Assembly: GCA_964036045.1 (NCBI GenBank)
Contig: OZ038378.1
Location: 94,674,001-94,738,000 of the forward strand
Reading direction: 5' to 3'
DNA length: 64,000 bases
Source of the DNA: Eutreptiella sp. 'Long Island Sound 2002'
Lineage: Eukaryota; Protista; Euglenida
The number at the start of each line of letters is the position of its first letter. Positions within the stretch are counted from its first letter, which is position 1. The notes under the pieces are model-generated. The model had not been told where the DNA came from. It did not search any database and worked only from the letters and a program-made list of their open reading frames with translations. Of the stretch, positions 38,798-49,829 are shown piece by piece. Made by a program: the position numbers and the translations under genes.

Positions 38798-39409
38798 TTT
38801 CTTCGCTTGTTCTGATATATTATGCGCGAGGGCTCGCGCTATGCATTCCTCTTCGACGACCTTTATGCTATCACCTTGTGCGGCACATTTTTCTCTGTGA
38901 TGCATTTTATTGCGCTGTTGTGTTGGTGTTTGCGCGAGGCCTCGCGCAAAGAAGGGGTGCCAAAAAATGCTTCTTGTCGTGCAGCGTGCAACATGGTTTT
39001 CGAAAATTGGTTTTCCAAAAGATTGAAAGCTCATGGGTGTTTTTATTGCAAAGCATAAGTGGTATAGGAAACAAAAAGTTGTGGTTTTCCCAAAAAAGAA
39101 CTTCATTTTGGTGGAAATAAATCATTTTCCCGGGCAGTCGGTTTTGTTGAAAAAAAAGGAAAATGGACCAGTTAATTGCTTTTCACAGGATTTTAGGTTC
39201 TTGTGTTTTAGGTCCCCCCCAAAAGGACTATTTTTTCGCAGTGCCGTGGAGAGGCAGTTTTGGGGCGCATTTTGACCATGCAACTTGAGCCGCCTAAGTC
39301 AGAGGGCCCAGCCATCCACCGAGCTGAGGGCTCACTGAGCCGTTTCGCGCGCTCACTGTGAGCGCGCCAAACGGCTCAGTGAGCTCTCAATTGGCTCTTA
39401 GTCACTTTA

Positions 39410-40080
39410 GGTGTACACACGAGCACTACACAGGCGCCACACAAGAGGCCGAACATGGTTGAATGCTACAAAATGACGGTGTGCATTCGATCCCAACATA
39501 CCACTGGGGCCAGATGTGGCGCTGATCAGGGTAGCGTTCCGCAAAACGGGCACACAACAGGACTGAAAGTGGTGGCCCCATGCCTCCTTCAAAAATTTGG
39601 CCTTTGTAGAGTGCCCAACAATAATGTATTAAAAAATGCATGTGACTAACAAACTGAATCATGGCACGTTGACTTGTGGAAAAGCGGCACACAATAGGGC
39701 TGAAAGTGGTGGCACCAAGCCTGCTTGAAAATTTTTGGCTCTGCGAAGTGCGCAACAATAATGTTTTCAGATACACATGAATTACCTGGAACTGTGATTG
39801 GCAAAGTGACAGAATGAATCACGGCACTTGGACATGTGGAAAACACGCACACAACAGGGCTGAAAGTGGTGGCCCCAGGCCTCCTTGAAAATTTTCGCCT
39901 GTGTGAAGGGGCAACAACAATGTTTTCAGATATGTATGAATTACATGCAATTGAAATTGGCAGACTGACGGAACAAATCACAACACTTGAACCTGTGGAA
40001 AGCATGCTGAAATCGGTGGGCCCAAACTCCGTAGAAAAAATTTGAGCACTAGGAAGTGCTCAACAATAACGTCCTCAAGT
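39410..40080. repeat. Tandem repeat of ~140-160 bp, 4-5 copies, inside element D
   Basis: cacaacagg(g/a)ctgaaagtggtggcccca recurs near 39551, 39691, 39849, with a degenerate copy near 40008. Confidence 0.8.
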
Positions 40081-42617
40081 ATATGTAGATCAACATACAG
40101 CTGCAATAGGCTGATTGGCTGACAGCCTGACGCGCTTGGAGCTGTGCGAAAAATGCTGCAATTGACCCGAGGCCCGAATGAGGAAAGCCCTCAGCACTGT
40201 GGACGACTGAACAATTCTGTGACCAACTATATACGAACCACGTAGCGGCGGTCACTTTCCCCAGCTACAGCTGCCCCGAGTGCGCACACAACCATGCAGG
40301 TAGGGTTATTTGCGCTGCGGCATTGAGAGGCGAAAAGTGCAGAGCAAAGCCTGTGCAAGGTAGGAGCGCTGTACAAGGAGCGGTGCGGGCGCCGAGGTCC
40401 CGCTTTCGATGCGCTGCATCCTGAGCGGCAAGGTCTTCCTCTCTTCTCCTCCTGCCCTGCAGGATTCACACAGGGGTGTTGGGGGGGGATATCGGTAGTG
40501 GGCGCGGCTGGGTGGTGGTGGTGTGGAGGTGTGGTGGTGGTGGGGTGCACCAGGGTGTTTTGGAAAGGTGGGTTTGGGGCTCTGGGCCTGTGGGGCTTTG
40601 GGCTGGTAGGGGGTCCTTTGCTGCTTTGGGCATGTGTGTCATGCGTGTAATGCCCCACGAGTGGGCTTGGTATGTGCACAGGGTGTTTTGGAAGTGGGCC
40701 TCCTACACATACCGTGGTTGTTTGAGGCTGGCCCTTAAGGGGCCTGTATGGGGCCTGTATCGGGCCTGTGTGGGGCTTGTGTATGGCCTACATGGGGCTC
40801 CACTGAGGCGGCTCAAGCGTCCTGCCACCAGTTGCAGTTGCCAGTGTTGAGGTGCAACTGAGAGCTCACTTAGCCGTTTGGCGCACTCACTGAGCGCTCA
40901 GTGCGCCATTTGCCGCGCTCACCGAGCGCTCAGTGAGCGCTCCCTGAGCGCGCCAAATCGCGCACTGAGCGCTCACTGAGCCCATTTAGCTCTCTCTTTG
41001 CCGGCTCCGTGAGCTCTCAGTGACGTGGAACACGGGACAAGGGTGCTGCAATGCTTTGCTGTTGTTTGCATCTTTATCGAAACTAGTATTTTGGAGTGCC
41101 CCCCCCCCTACATTTGCAGGCTCAATTCCCCATGCACGAGCCTCTAGTTGATGCAAACGGCAGCAAAACAAAGAGTCAACGCCCGGTAACGTCCGCGGCG
41201 CGTAGCGAAGGTGCCAGCAGTTTTACCTCACGCCCCCGCTTCGACGGCAACTGCAACTGGCGTAAGTGACTAAGGAGCCGGTACCAGGGGCATCAGCACC
41301 AGGGCCCCCGATGCAGAGAGCCGCGGGCACCGAGGGGGCAGCGGCGGTTGACAAGGGTCGGGGGCCTGTGGGCCCATCACTCGCCGACCTAGCCATCAGG
41401 TCCCCGGTCCCTTTTCTCCCGGTGCAGGCACCCCGGGCCGATGATGTACGCACGGGCTACTTGGGGCTTAGTGTTTCCCCGGTCAACAGGAAGCCGGCGC
41501 CGGCATACCTCCTTAACCGGACGGTGAACGTGAAGGGGGCAACACGGCACTCCAGCAAGAGGTGGTATTGGAGCTTCACCCTCCACGCGTGCACTGCCCC
41601 GCAGCAAAGGACGTCCAACCAGATGCACCTGCCGTGCAGGGTGACGGTCACCGATGAGTGTGGGCTCGTGGCTGGGTAGGGGGAATTTTTTGAAGGCCAG
41701 TTTGCTTACTAGCTGGGGTCCAAACACTGGTGCTTGGACTTGGCTGTGGGGGCGGAGGGGGGGGGGGGTTGCTGGCCCGCGCTGGCCCATTCCTTTGAAG
41801 CAGGTGGCCTCATGGGAAGTGCATGGGACGAGTTTTTTTGGAGGCGTGGCAGGCCATGCGCGGCCAAGTCGCCACCTTCCGTGCAGCGCCCTGGGAGCGG
41901 ACGTCATCGACCCAGATGTGGTGAGTGATGGGGAGGTGACGGAGGGGGGGAGGAGTGATGGCGCCCACGGTGCAAGCGGCCAGAGTGACCGGAGTTCCCG
42001 TAGTGACGTTCAAAGAGGGAAAAAGCGGGCTGCCAACGACAGCACCCACCCACCCCCCCAAAGCTGGCGGCGACTGCTGCGGGCAATGGAACTGCAGCCG
42101 CACCGCAGAAAGCGGCCCTCGGCAGCCCCCTTCGTGACCCTGGATCTCCGGGCACGGTGCCCATGGCCGTGTAATGAAAGGCATGCCGCGACCGTGACCA
42201 GTTCCGCCATGAGCAGGATGTTGCCCATCTGGTAGCGGAAGCAGCCACCCGTCTCAAGGAAGAGCTGGACACCCTCAAGTGGCACCGGGACGCTGACTCG
42301 TGCCAGCATCTGCAGACCATTGCGGGGCGGGCTGGGACAACCACGATGCCGGACCAGAACGTGGACAACGTGCCGAAGGTGGACGCGGAAGTGAGACCCC
42401 GCCTGCAGAACGCCGACCGGTGGTATCGGTCGGAGGTGGTGGCGGCCGCTCATCAGCCTGGGTGGGAGCCGAAACCCGTGGTTGGCGGTCCGGGGTCATT
42501 TGTCCCTGGAACTGCGGCGTTGTGGTAGCCGCTTGACACCCGAAACCTGCACTATGCACTTTACCTTGTACAAGGTACCTTTCCAGCAGCGATGGGGCGA
42601 GATGAGGCGGCCCAAGG

Positions 42618-44292
42618 TTACTGCAACACGGCGGCCTCCATGGGTGCACTGGTACCCGGGTCGAGCCATGATGGCCTGCTTGTCCACAGGACGTCGCCTT
42701 CCTCCACGTACACGTGGCACCTGGGGTCAGTGGCGTCTAGGGAAGGCCTGGCCAGCAGCAGCGGGTAGTATGGGCAGCCGGGGCCTGACGGACCCACAGG
42801 GGCCAGCCAGTCGTCCAGCTGCTCAAACCGCGGCAAACCGACCGCGCCCTGCAGTCCCTCGCCGAAGGCCAAAGGCTGCCCCGAGTGGCTCAGAGCCGTG
42901 GGGTTGGGCAGCGGCCCGTCTCCCCGTGGCTGTGAAGGCAGCTCATCCTTGGCCCGTGGCAGAGCATCAAGGATGAACCGTTCCACGTCCCCCCACTTGT
43001 GACGCTCGTCAGGGATCAGGAAGCGGAAGAGAACAACCTGCTTCCCCACCCGCGGCAGCGCGGCGAGACCCCGATGTCTAAGGCTGGAGGCAAAGAGAAC
43101 CATGTCCCCACGCTGAAACTCGGAGATCTCGACACGCGGAACGTCATGCTCTCCCAAGTGGATGTAGAAGTGCACCTCCAAATGATCCTTGTCCGAGAGG
43201 ACAAACATCATTGAAAGATGCCCGGGCAGCTCACCCGTGCTAGGGAGCGTACTTCGCAAATTATCGACGCCAGTATGCCACGTTCTCTCCTTAGCATCTT
43301 CCCCGGCGGCAATTGCCAACCACTGCGTTGGGAAGAGATCCTTCATCTCGGGCCAGCAAGCACTGCGCCGCTAACTAGCCCGTTGCAAGGGGTCCCTTCC
43401 CAACACAGAGATACGCTGGCCGGGCCGAGTACCCCAGCACCGTGTCAGTTTGGGATCCGCCAAGCACTCCTCGCGAGGGTGTGCATTGGACAGAAGATCC
43501 CAAACTGCATTCAGCTGCCTGCCGCAGGAGTCGACCAGAATGTGGTACCCGTTCTCGCACTCCTTAGCCTCTACCGCCCCCCTAACCACCCGGAGCCCCA
43601 AGTCGCACAACGACTCATCCGACTCAAGGTCATGAGCCGGGTGTTCATGTGAGAACACCGGGGCAACCGGGGAGATATTGCGGGGACGGGAGGCGGCACC
43701 GCGGAGGAACACGGACTCCTTGGTCCTGTACAGGGCTGGGATGGTGTAGTTGGGCACCACATGGCACCACTCGGGAACAATGGGACAAGCCGAAAGGTTT
43801 TTGGACCGTTCCCCAGACACCACCCCAAGCCCAAAAGGCAGGGCCTCAAGGAGTCCCTTCTTGGGTGCAGCATGGCTGACACTAAGATCTGCAGTAGCCG
43901 TGCTGCAGATCTTTGGTGTCAATAACCCGTGTCCCGAACTCCTCGGGGGTACCGATGAGCTTTCCTGAGGATTGCTGACACAAATCTTGGACACGAGCCA
44001 CATGAAAGCGGAAGCGTACGGCACGAATAGCTCAAAGCACCCGTTGCAACATTTGGTTGCACCCGTGCATCTAGCTCTCTCCAAGAAGGGTCACATCGGA
44101 CACGGTGATGTGGACAACTTCCGGGGAAGGGGCGGGGAGCTGCTGGGCCCACAACTTCAAAGGCTCCAGGTCTGTCGAAGGCACCCCCGGGTACGCTACC
44201 TCTGTGAAAGCGGTACGTAGCCGGGGGCGACTAAGGAAAGAGCAGACAGCCTTTGAATCCGCTGGTTGCAGCCCTGGGGCAACATTAGACAT
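42618..44292 (-). pseudogene. Element D cargo gene: Cys-rich N-terminus + 2OG-Fe(II) dioxygenase-like (PhyH-like) domain
   Basis: ORFs 43371-44084 and 42618-43346 are in frame with one TAG. ENGYHIL..RTWHTG..HLSMMFVLS..FQRGDMVLFASSLRHRGLA fits the H-x-D ... GD.VLF....L.H.G pattern, with Gly at the expected Asp. Confidence 0.65.
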
Positions 44293-45984
44293 GGTGTGAG
44301 AGAGGACCTATGGGAGCAAGAAGGAATGGATGGGTAAGCGGATAGGGGGGCGGAGGAGAGGCGGAAAAGGGGGGGAACCCTCTGAGTGAGCCCCCAATTA
44401 GCTCTCAGTGAGCGCTGAGTGAGCCATTGGGCATGCTCACTGAGAGCTAAGTGAGAGCTAAGTGAGAGCTAAGTGAGCCCGCCCAGTGACGGCCCAGTGG
44501 CACAAATGAGCCCCAAATGAGACCCAACTTCACATTTTCACTTAGCCACCAGTGAGCCAAAAGTACATAGCCTACCAGTGGAATATGAGAGAACATTGTG
44601 CTATGCCCCAGCTTCGTGCCACGACTGGAATAACCGGGCTGCCCACATTTGTCGAGGAAAGCAGTTCAGCCATCATGTCTACGCCAATGGAAGCGTGGAA
44701 TGCCTGTCTTGTACATGGCCAATATCATATGGTAGGGCGCGGGGCTTCCCATCCCACCTCGCTTAGAGGCGGGGCCGCTTTTACACGGGGGAGGGGGGCT
44801 TTTGGCGCTGGGTGCGATGGCATACTTTAGCATTTTGTATTTGGATCTCCGTCGTGTGCCATCCCAATCTTTTGGTAGCCCCATGACCCATGTGTCATGT
44901 TGTTGTGGTGATGTTGCGAGTAATGGCAGAAGCACCAATAGCACCAATGGCAGTAGCACCAGTAGCTACGGGAGCCGCTCCACCCATCTGAGCATGTCTA
45001 GTAGTTGACTTGGAGCCAAAACGTGTGCGTGAGTGACGCGCTGTAGCCAGTTGCCCATTCTTTGCATGCTCCTCAGACCTGTCACATTCAACGAGGCTGA
45101 TTTGCTCATTCAAGAAGGCTGATTAGCTACTTGTTGCTGCGTAGTGCAGTTTAGGTAACGGGTGTTGTAATTGTTGTATTATCTAGATGCAGACTACTTG
45201 CTTATCTTTCAAACGTTTGCCCATCAAATACACTCTCCCTTTAGACCTGTGGCAGTGAGGCACCGGTCGTTAGGATGTATGCAGTGCAAACACTACGCAT
45301 CACTGTTCTAGGCCTGTGGAAGTTTGTACTACTTTTTTCCCCATGGAGTTGCTTCCACCTAAAAAGGTAGGAAGGATGCATCGAAGGCAGGTAGGGTGCA
45401 TCAAAGGCACGTGTGTGTATGCTTTGTAGCTGGCAACAATCAACGCTTTGAAAAGGTTGTGAACACCAACCATCTACATACCACCAAGAATAAACAATCA
45501 CCATCTCGCTAGGACAAAAATGCTATTACTTTTTATTTTCAGTTTCGGCAGTCAAGGATTTGGCCCCATCCCACCCCAACCGTTTCAAGGAGGGGGGTGC
45601 CCTTTGAGGGGGGGGGGAGCGCTTTTGGGATGGGGTGGATGCCCACCCCCCTGCCAAATGAAATTGGAACCGACCCCACATGGCAGAAATATCGGCAATG
45701 ATTGACATATTGCTTTGTCTCCCCGATATTTAGTCGCAGCGTAATAGTGGTAGCGGAACATTCGGGCCAAGATTGCACAAAAGTACGTTGTACATTTTAG
45801 AGGAGACAATTAGGCTATTCATTGCTCACGTGGCAGACGAGAATACACCATTTGCCCCATTTTCGCAAGCCAAAGAAGGAAAAACAGCAATTGACAGTCC
45901 GTGGGACCCATTTTGCCCCGCCCCCCCCCCCCACCACCAGAACATAGTGCAACCACCAAACGACTGAAGCACCTTTTGTGCACA

Positions 45985-46510
45985 CCCTTGGTACACGCTA
46001 GAAGACCCAATCTCGTTCTAGCCTAGAACCCTCTAGCCTAGATTTTCTAGCCTAGAATACATCAATACTAGAACGATATAATAGCCTGGGTAAAACACAA
46101 AAAACAAATCATCACAGTGGGGTTGGGGGGGGGGGGTGCATGGCACATACACCCAGAGCAACCAACACACTAGAGCAAGGCTAGAAGAAGGCTGGAACAA
46201 AAACATGCACACACATTTGGCACGTAAAAGACACCAATGTGGGAGGGGGGGGGGGTTCCATGACACATAGACACATAGAAACCATCACATTTGGTACATG
46301 TCTAGTGATATGTGGACACACACACGCACACACATATGCACGCACACATTTTGACATAGGCACGGGCATTGTGGGGCTGCCCTCCCTTCAAGCGTTGGTT
46401 GGCGGGGGGGCATCTTTGCTTTCGTCACACATTTTTCAGGGGGGGCTTCGGAACTACCTTGGGGGGGGTTGGACTCAGGGGTCTTGGAGGGTGTTCTTTT
46501 CTTTGTTTCA
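45985..46510 (+). mobile_element. E3: left-end fragment of the CCCTTGG-ended family
   Basis: cccttggtacacgctagaagacccaatctcgttctagcctagaac at 45985; interior similar to 49830-50150 and 25930-26230. Confidence 0.8.
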
Positions 46511-49500
46511 CATGTGGTCTTTCATTAACATTAACGTCAGCGTTAACATTCAACTTTGAATACATGCAGTAGCGGCGCAAACATTAATTATTAATCCCTA
46601 CAGATGAACGCCTGCAACTCAAAAAATAATCTACAAGCAGGCACCATACCTCCAAGGCTCCATTGGTGCCTGCCGCCTTCACTGCCCCGATGGCCACTCG
46701 GATGGGGGATGCCGCACTGGGGGCCTCAAAGAGGTCGCCGACGCGGTTAACCTCGGGCGCCGCGGTCGCAGGTTCGGCCGCGTTGGCGGCCTTCGCGGAC
46801 GCCTCTACGAGCCGGGTGCTCATCAGCACCAACTTATCGGATGATTGACAATCACGGTGGTAAACTGACCCGGGTAGAGCCAATATTGCGGCCCACGCTG
46901 ACACTAACGCGAGTGTTTCCCTACCCCCACTACTTGCACTAGTCCCACTAGCACCAGCCGTGCAGTAGCACCATGGAATGGGCCGTTTGCAAACGTACCG
47001 GGCCTGGGTCCCACAGCAACTTCGAGGGAGGCAAACTACCTACAGTGATGCCCTCATGAGGAAAGGGGGAGAGGGGGTCTCGAGGGTGGGGTTGCCACAC
47101 CCTAATCTGCCCCCTATTGCCATCCTTCCCCAAGGTGCCGTTGGATTTCGTGTGACGGCGACTGAGGCACTGTATTAGCCGACAGAAATCCCAAATGAGC
47201 GTTATGTAGTTGTGTGAAAGGAAGGAAAACACTGGCCGGTACCTTACACAACCCTGCTAAAGAACTTGGGCTGACCAGGGGACCGACTCCGCCTTCCTAG
47301 CGTACCGGAGGTGGGGCCCAAGGCCTACACGAGACTTTGGGGGAGGGGGGGGTAGTACTTGGGGCGGGGGAGAGGGGTTTCAACTTGCTCAATGTCCTGC
47401 CCCTCAGTGTCCCCGTCCGGCCGCGTCCCTCACCCCGGTGTCCACCACCACACACCCCCCCTAACCCCCCCCCCCCCCCCTTGGCAGACTTCCCCCCCCG
47501 TGACTTGATGCCCTCTTCGGCCTTCTCTCCTTGTTCGTTTTCTTCACCTGCCATCTTTCTCCCTCCCCCGCCTATGCGAGGAGTCTTCGCTTGACTACCA
47601 GAGGTACAGCAAGTGAAGACGCCCCACAAGTGGCCCCGCTGCAGGTGGTGCTAGGGCTTGAGGTGGGGCTGTAGCTGCTCACGCCAGTCCTTGCTCCACT
47701 TGCACCATTTGTGGCGGAAAAGGTGATGAGAAAGAAGTTTTTTTTACCCCGTCAATTAATTGTTGCAAATTAATACTATCACCCGACAAATGCACTCATA
47801 TATGAATCATTAACCAGAGAAGTGCTTAATACTCATCTACAAAATTCAATGACGGCGCCACAAAAACTAATCGAAACACAAACAAATCTTAGCAAGAGTT
47901 GTTTGTTTGTTTTGAGCATGTGGCCCAAAAGGGGCTTCATTTCCGGTGCGTCCATGGCAAGGCGAAAAAAGAGGTGCGGCTAGGGAAGCAAGACGGGGGG
48001 GGGGCTACGGATGGCCATGAGTTTGGCCATGGTACATGAGGCGGTATGGCGGTTTCCGGAGTTGCGTAATGGGAGGTCCAACTTTCAAAACCACCATTCT
48101 CAAACTTGCAAAGCCACCTTGGCCTACCTTTCTACTTGAGTTGCCCCCGGCATCCACCCGCCCCTTGCCCATGTGGTCATTGTGTGCGCGCTAGAGGATG
48201 GCCACCGCCCGTAGGTACCCGCAACTTGGCTTTTCCGTGTATACGGGGCCGAGGACGTCACCCATGGCCACAACAAGTTTCCCACGCACGATCCTCTTGG
48301 ACGTGGTTCAACATCGGCGGGATTTGTGGCTATGTGAGGAACAATGCACCGCCCTCCTCCCCGTTAGGTGTCGCCCATGCAACCAATTTCACATCCATGG
48401 GCGCCAGATAGACGACCCGTTGCACGGCTTCGGCATTCTCCTTCAAGAGGTGCACAAGGCGTGCCTAAATGAACGCCACTTGGAGCCGGCCAATGGTCAT
48501 TTAACAATGCTACATGCATAGGAGGACCACACATCGATCAATCAGAATATGTGGCTCCCCTACGCACTGCCCATTGTCCAAGCTACCGCCCGTCTCCTTG
48601 TAGCGTCCTCAACATCCAATGTCCGCCCGGTCGCCACGCTGACCCATGCCGCTGCCCCCTTTGTCCCACACCCCAATATTGTGAAGAGAGCGCATCATGG
48701 GTAAAATAGAGATTCCAATATGGCGCCGCACGAAGGATTGGTCCCCCCCGACGACCAACCCACTTGGCATCCGGCGCGATCCCCAGTAAAACTTGTTGTA
48801 TTCTTGGATGCTAGTACCTATGAAGAACGCATTAGTTAACATTTGGAGCAATTTTTGGAGGTTAATATTGAGTTAATTTGTCGGTCGGCGTTTATATTGG
48901 CCAAAAACTGCATATTAATCTCGATAAACTACCGCAAAAATTAACAAACAACGAACGGGCCATAAACTGGCAAGTTCTCGGTCCATATCATTGCTACTGT
49001 GGCCGTGTCCTCGTGCGCGCACACGGCCATCCCTATCACCCACAAATACACGGGTGTGCGGCCTCGCATGCCGTGGTAGAGGAGCCCAACGGAAGGTTGG
49101 GTGCAACTATAACCGGCACTACAGTTACGCCGCCCCGCGCACCATGACGGTGAGGGGCCTTGTCAAATTGATGTGGTCAACTACTGAGTGATGTGATTAG
49201 ATGCACTTGGCCCACAATTGTAGGGGCCCAGAGCGGACACTCGTACGGGGGGCCGGGTGGGACGCGGTGGCCGTATCTCAATGGGGGTGGCCAATTCCCT
49301 CCAGGTGTCCATGAAACTCTCCAGAGTGGGGACTGGCCGGGTGAATGGGAGCCTGGTTGCAGCCGTGTAGGCGGACCCCCGGCGACTCATGAAATGCGAC
49401 ACGTGCTTGAAGCCTAGCTTGGGGACATTCATGTCCATGCATAGCCCGATGAGCTCCGGGGCCGGAGGAAGGCATATTGCTTCACGGCCGCTATTTGCTT

Positions 49501-49829
49501 GTTGCAAATGAGGGGGAGGTCGGCAATCTCTGTGGCCTCGGCGCAATGGCCCCGAGCCAAAGGGGACGAGGCAACCCACTAGCCAAGCAGTTTTGACACG
49601 AAAGGGTCATGCAAACTGTTGGCCCTACTGCAATGCGCAAGCATCATGCTGATCTCAAGAAGGGTGTCCCGAGAGAGAGACATAATAAGACCTACACAAG
49701 GTGGGGAGTGTGGGGAGTAAGGAGGATAGTGGGCAACGAGAGGGGGGGGTGTCCAAGACACCCAACCACACAACATTGCAACCTCTCTGTTAGACCGTTG
49801 TGCAGCAATGCACCACATAACACCCCATA

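Larger units (their letters stand above)
32901..39298 (+). mobile_element. Element C: 6398-bp TIR DNA transposon (transposase + ParB-like gene), nested in D
   Basis: Perfect 29-bp TIR cttaggcggctcaagttgcatggtcaaaa (32901-32929) and its reverse complement (39270-39298). 5-bp TSD TCAGA at 32896-32900 and 39299-39303. Confidence 0.95.
30261..44569 (-). mobile_element. Element D: CACTA/CMC-like DNA transposon (~7.9 kb net of C) with dioxygenase-like cargo
   Basis: Termini TATGTAC...GTACATA with 3-bp TSD GCC (30258-30260, 44570-44572). Inverted subterminal arrays of CTCACTGAG/CTCACTTAG at 30428-30596 and 44382-44560. Insertion interrupts the G reading frame. Confidence 0.8.
29277..44760 (+). pseudogene. 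Element G transposase remnant (fifth family member), split by element D at 30260/44573
   Basis: IDCTTFVVL..LDVRRPQAEPPKWKSLLL..MHYGIWRPYKYV..PIVFHLGYNMCSCT*DG. Removing D and one GCC restores MYGTDCLPVEYERT, followed by a frameshifted FVEESSSAIMS. Confidence 0.75.

Noticed and set aside
40803-40817. ctgaggcggctcaag resembling the left TIR of element C
   Set aside because: Only about 13 bp match, with no partner TIR or TSD identified; may be chance.
46584-49800. Short coding-like fragments (e.g. Ala-rich 46640-46860, 48240-48500, 49181-49579)
   Set aside because: No recognisable motif or continuous frame; probably decayed TE sequence but not assignable.
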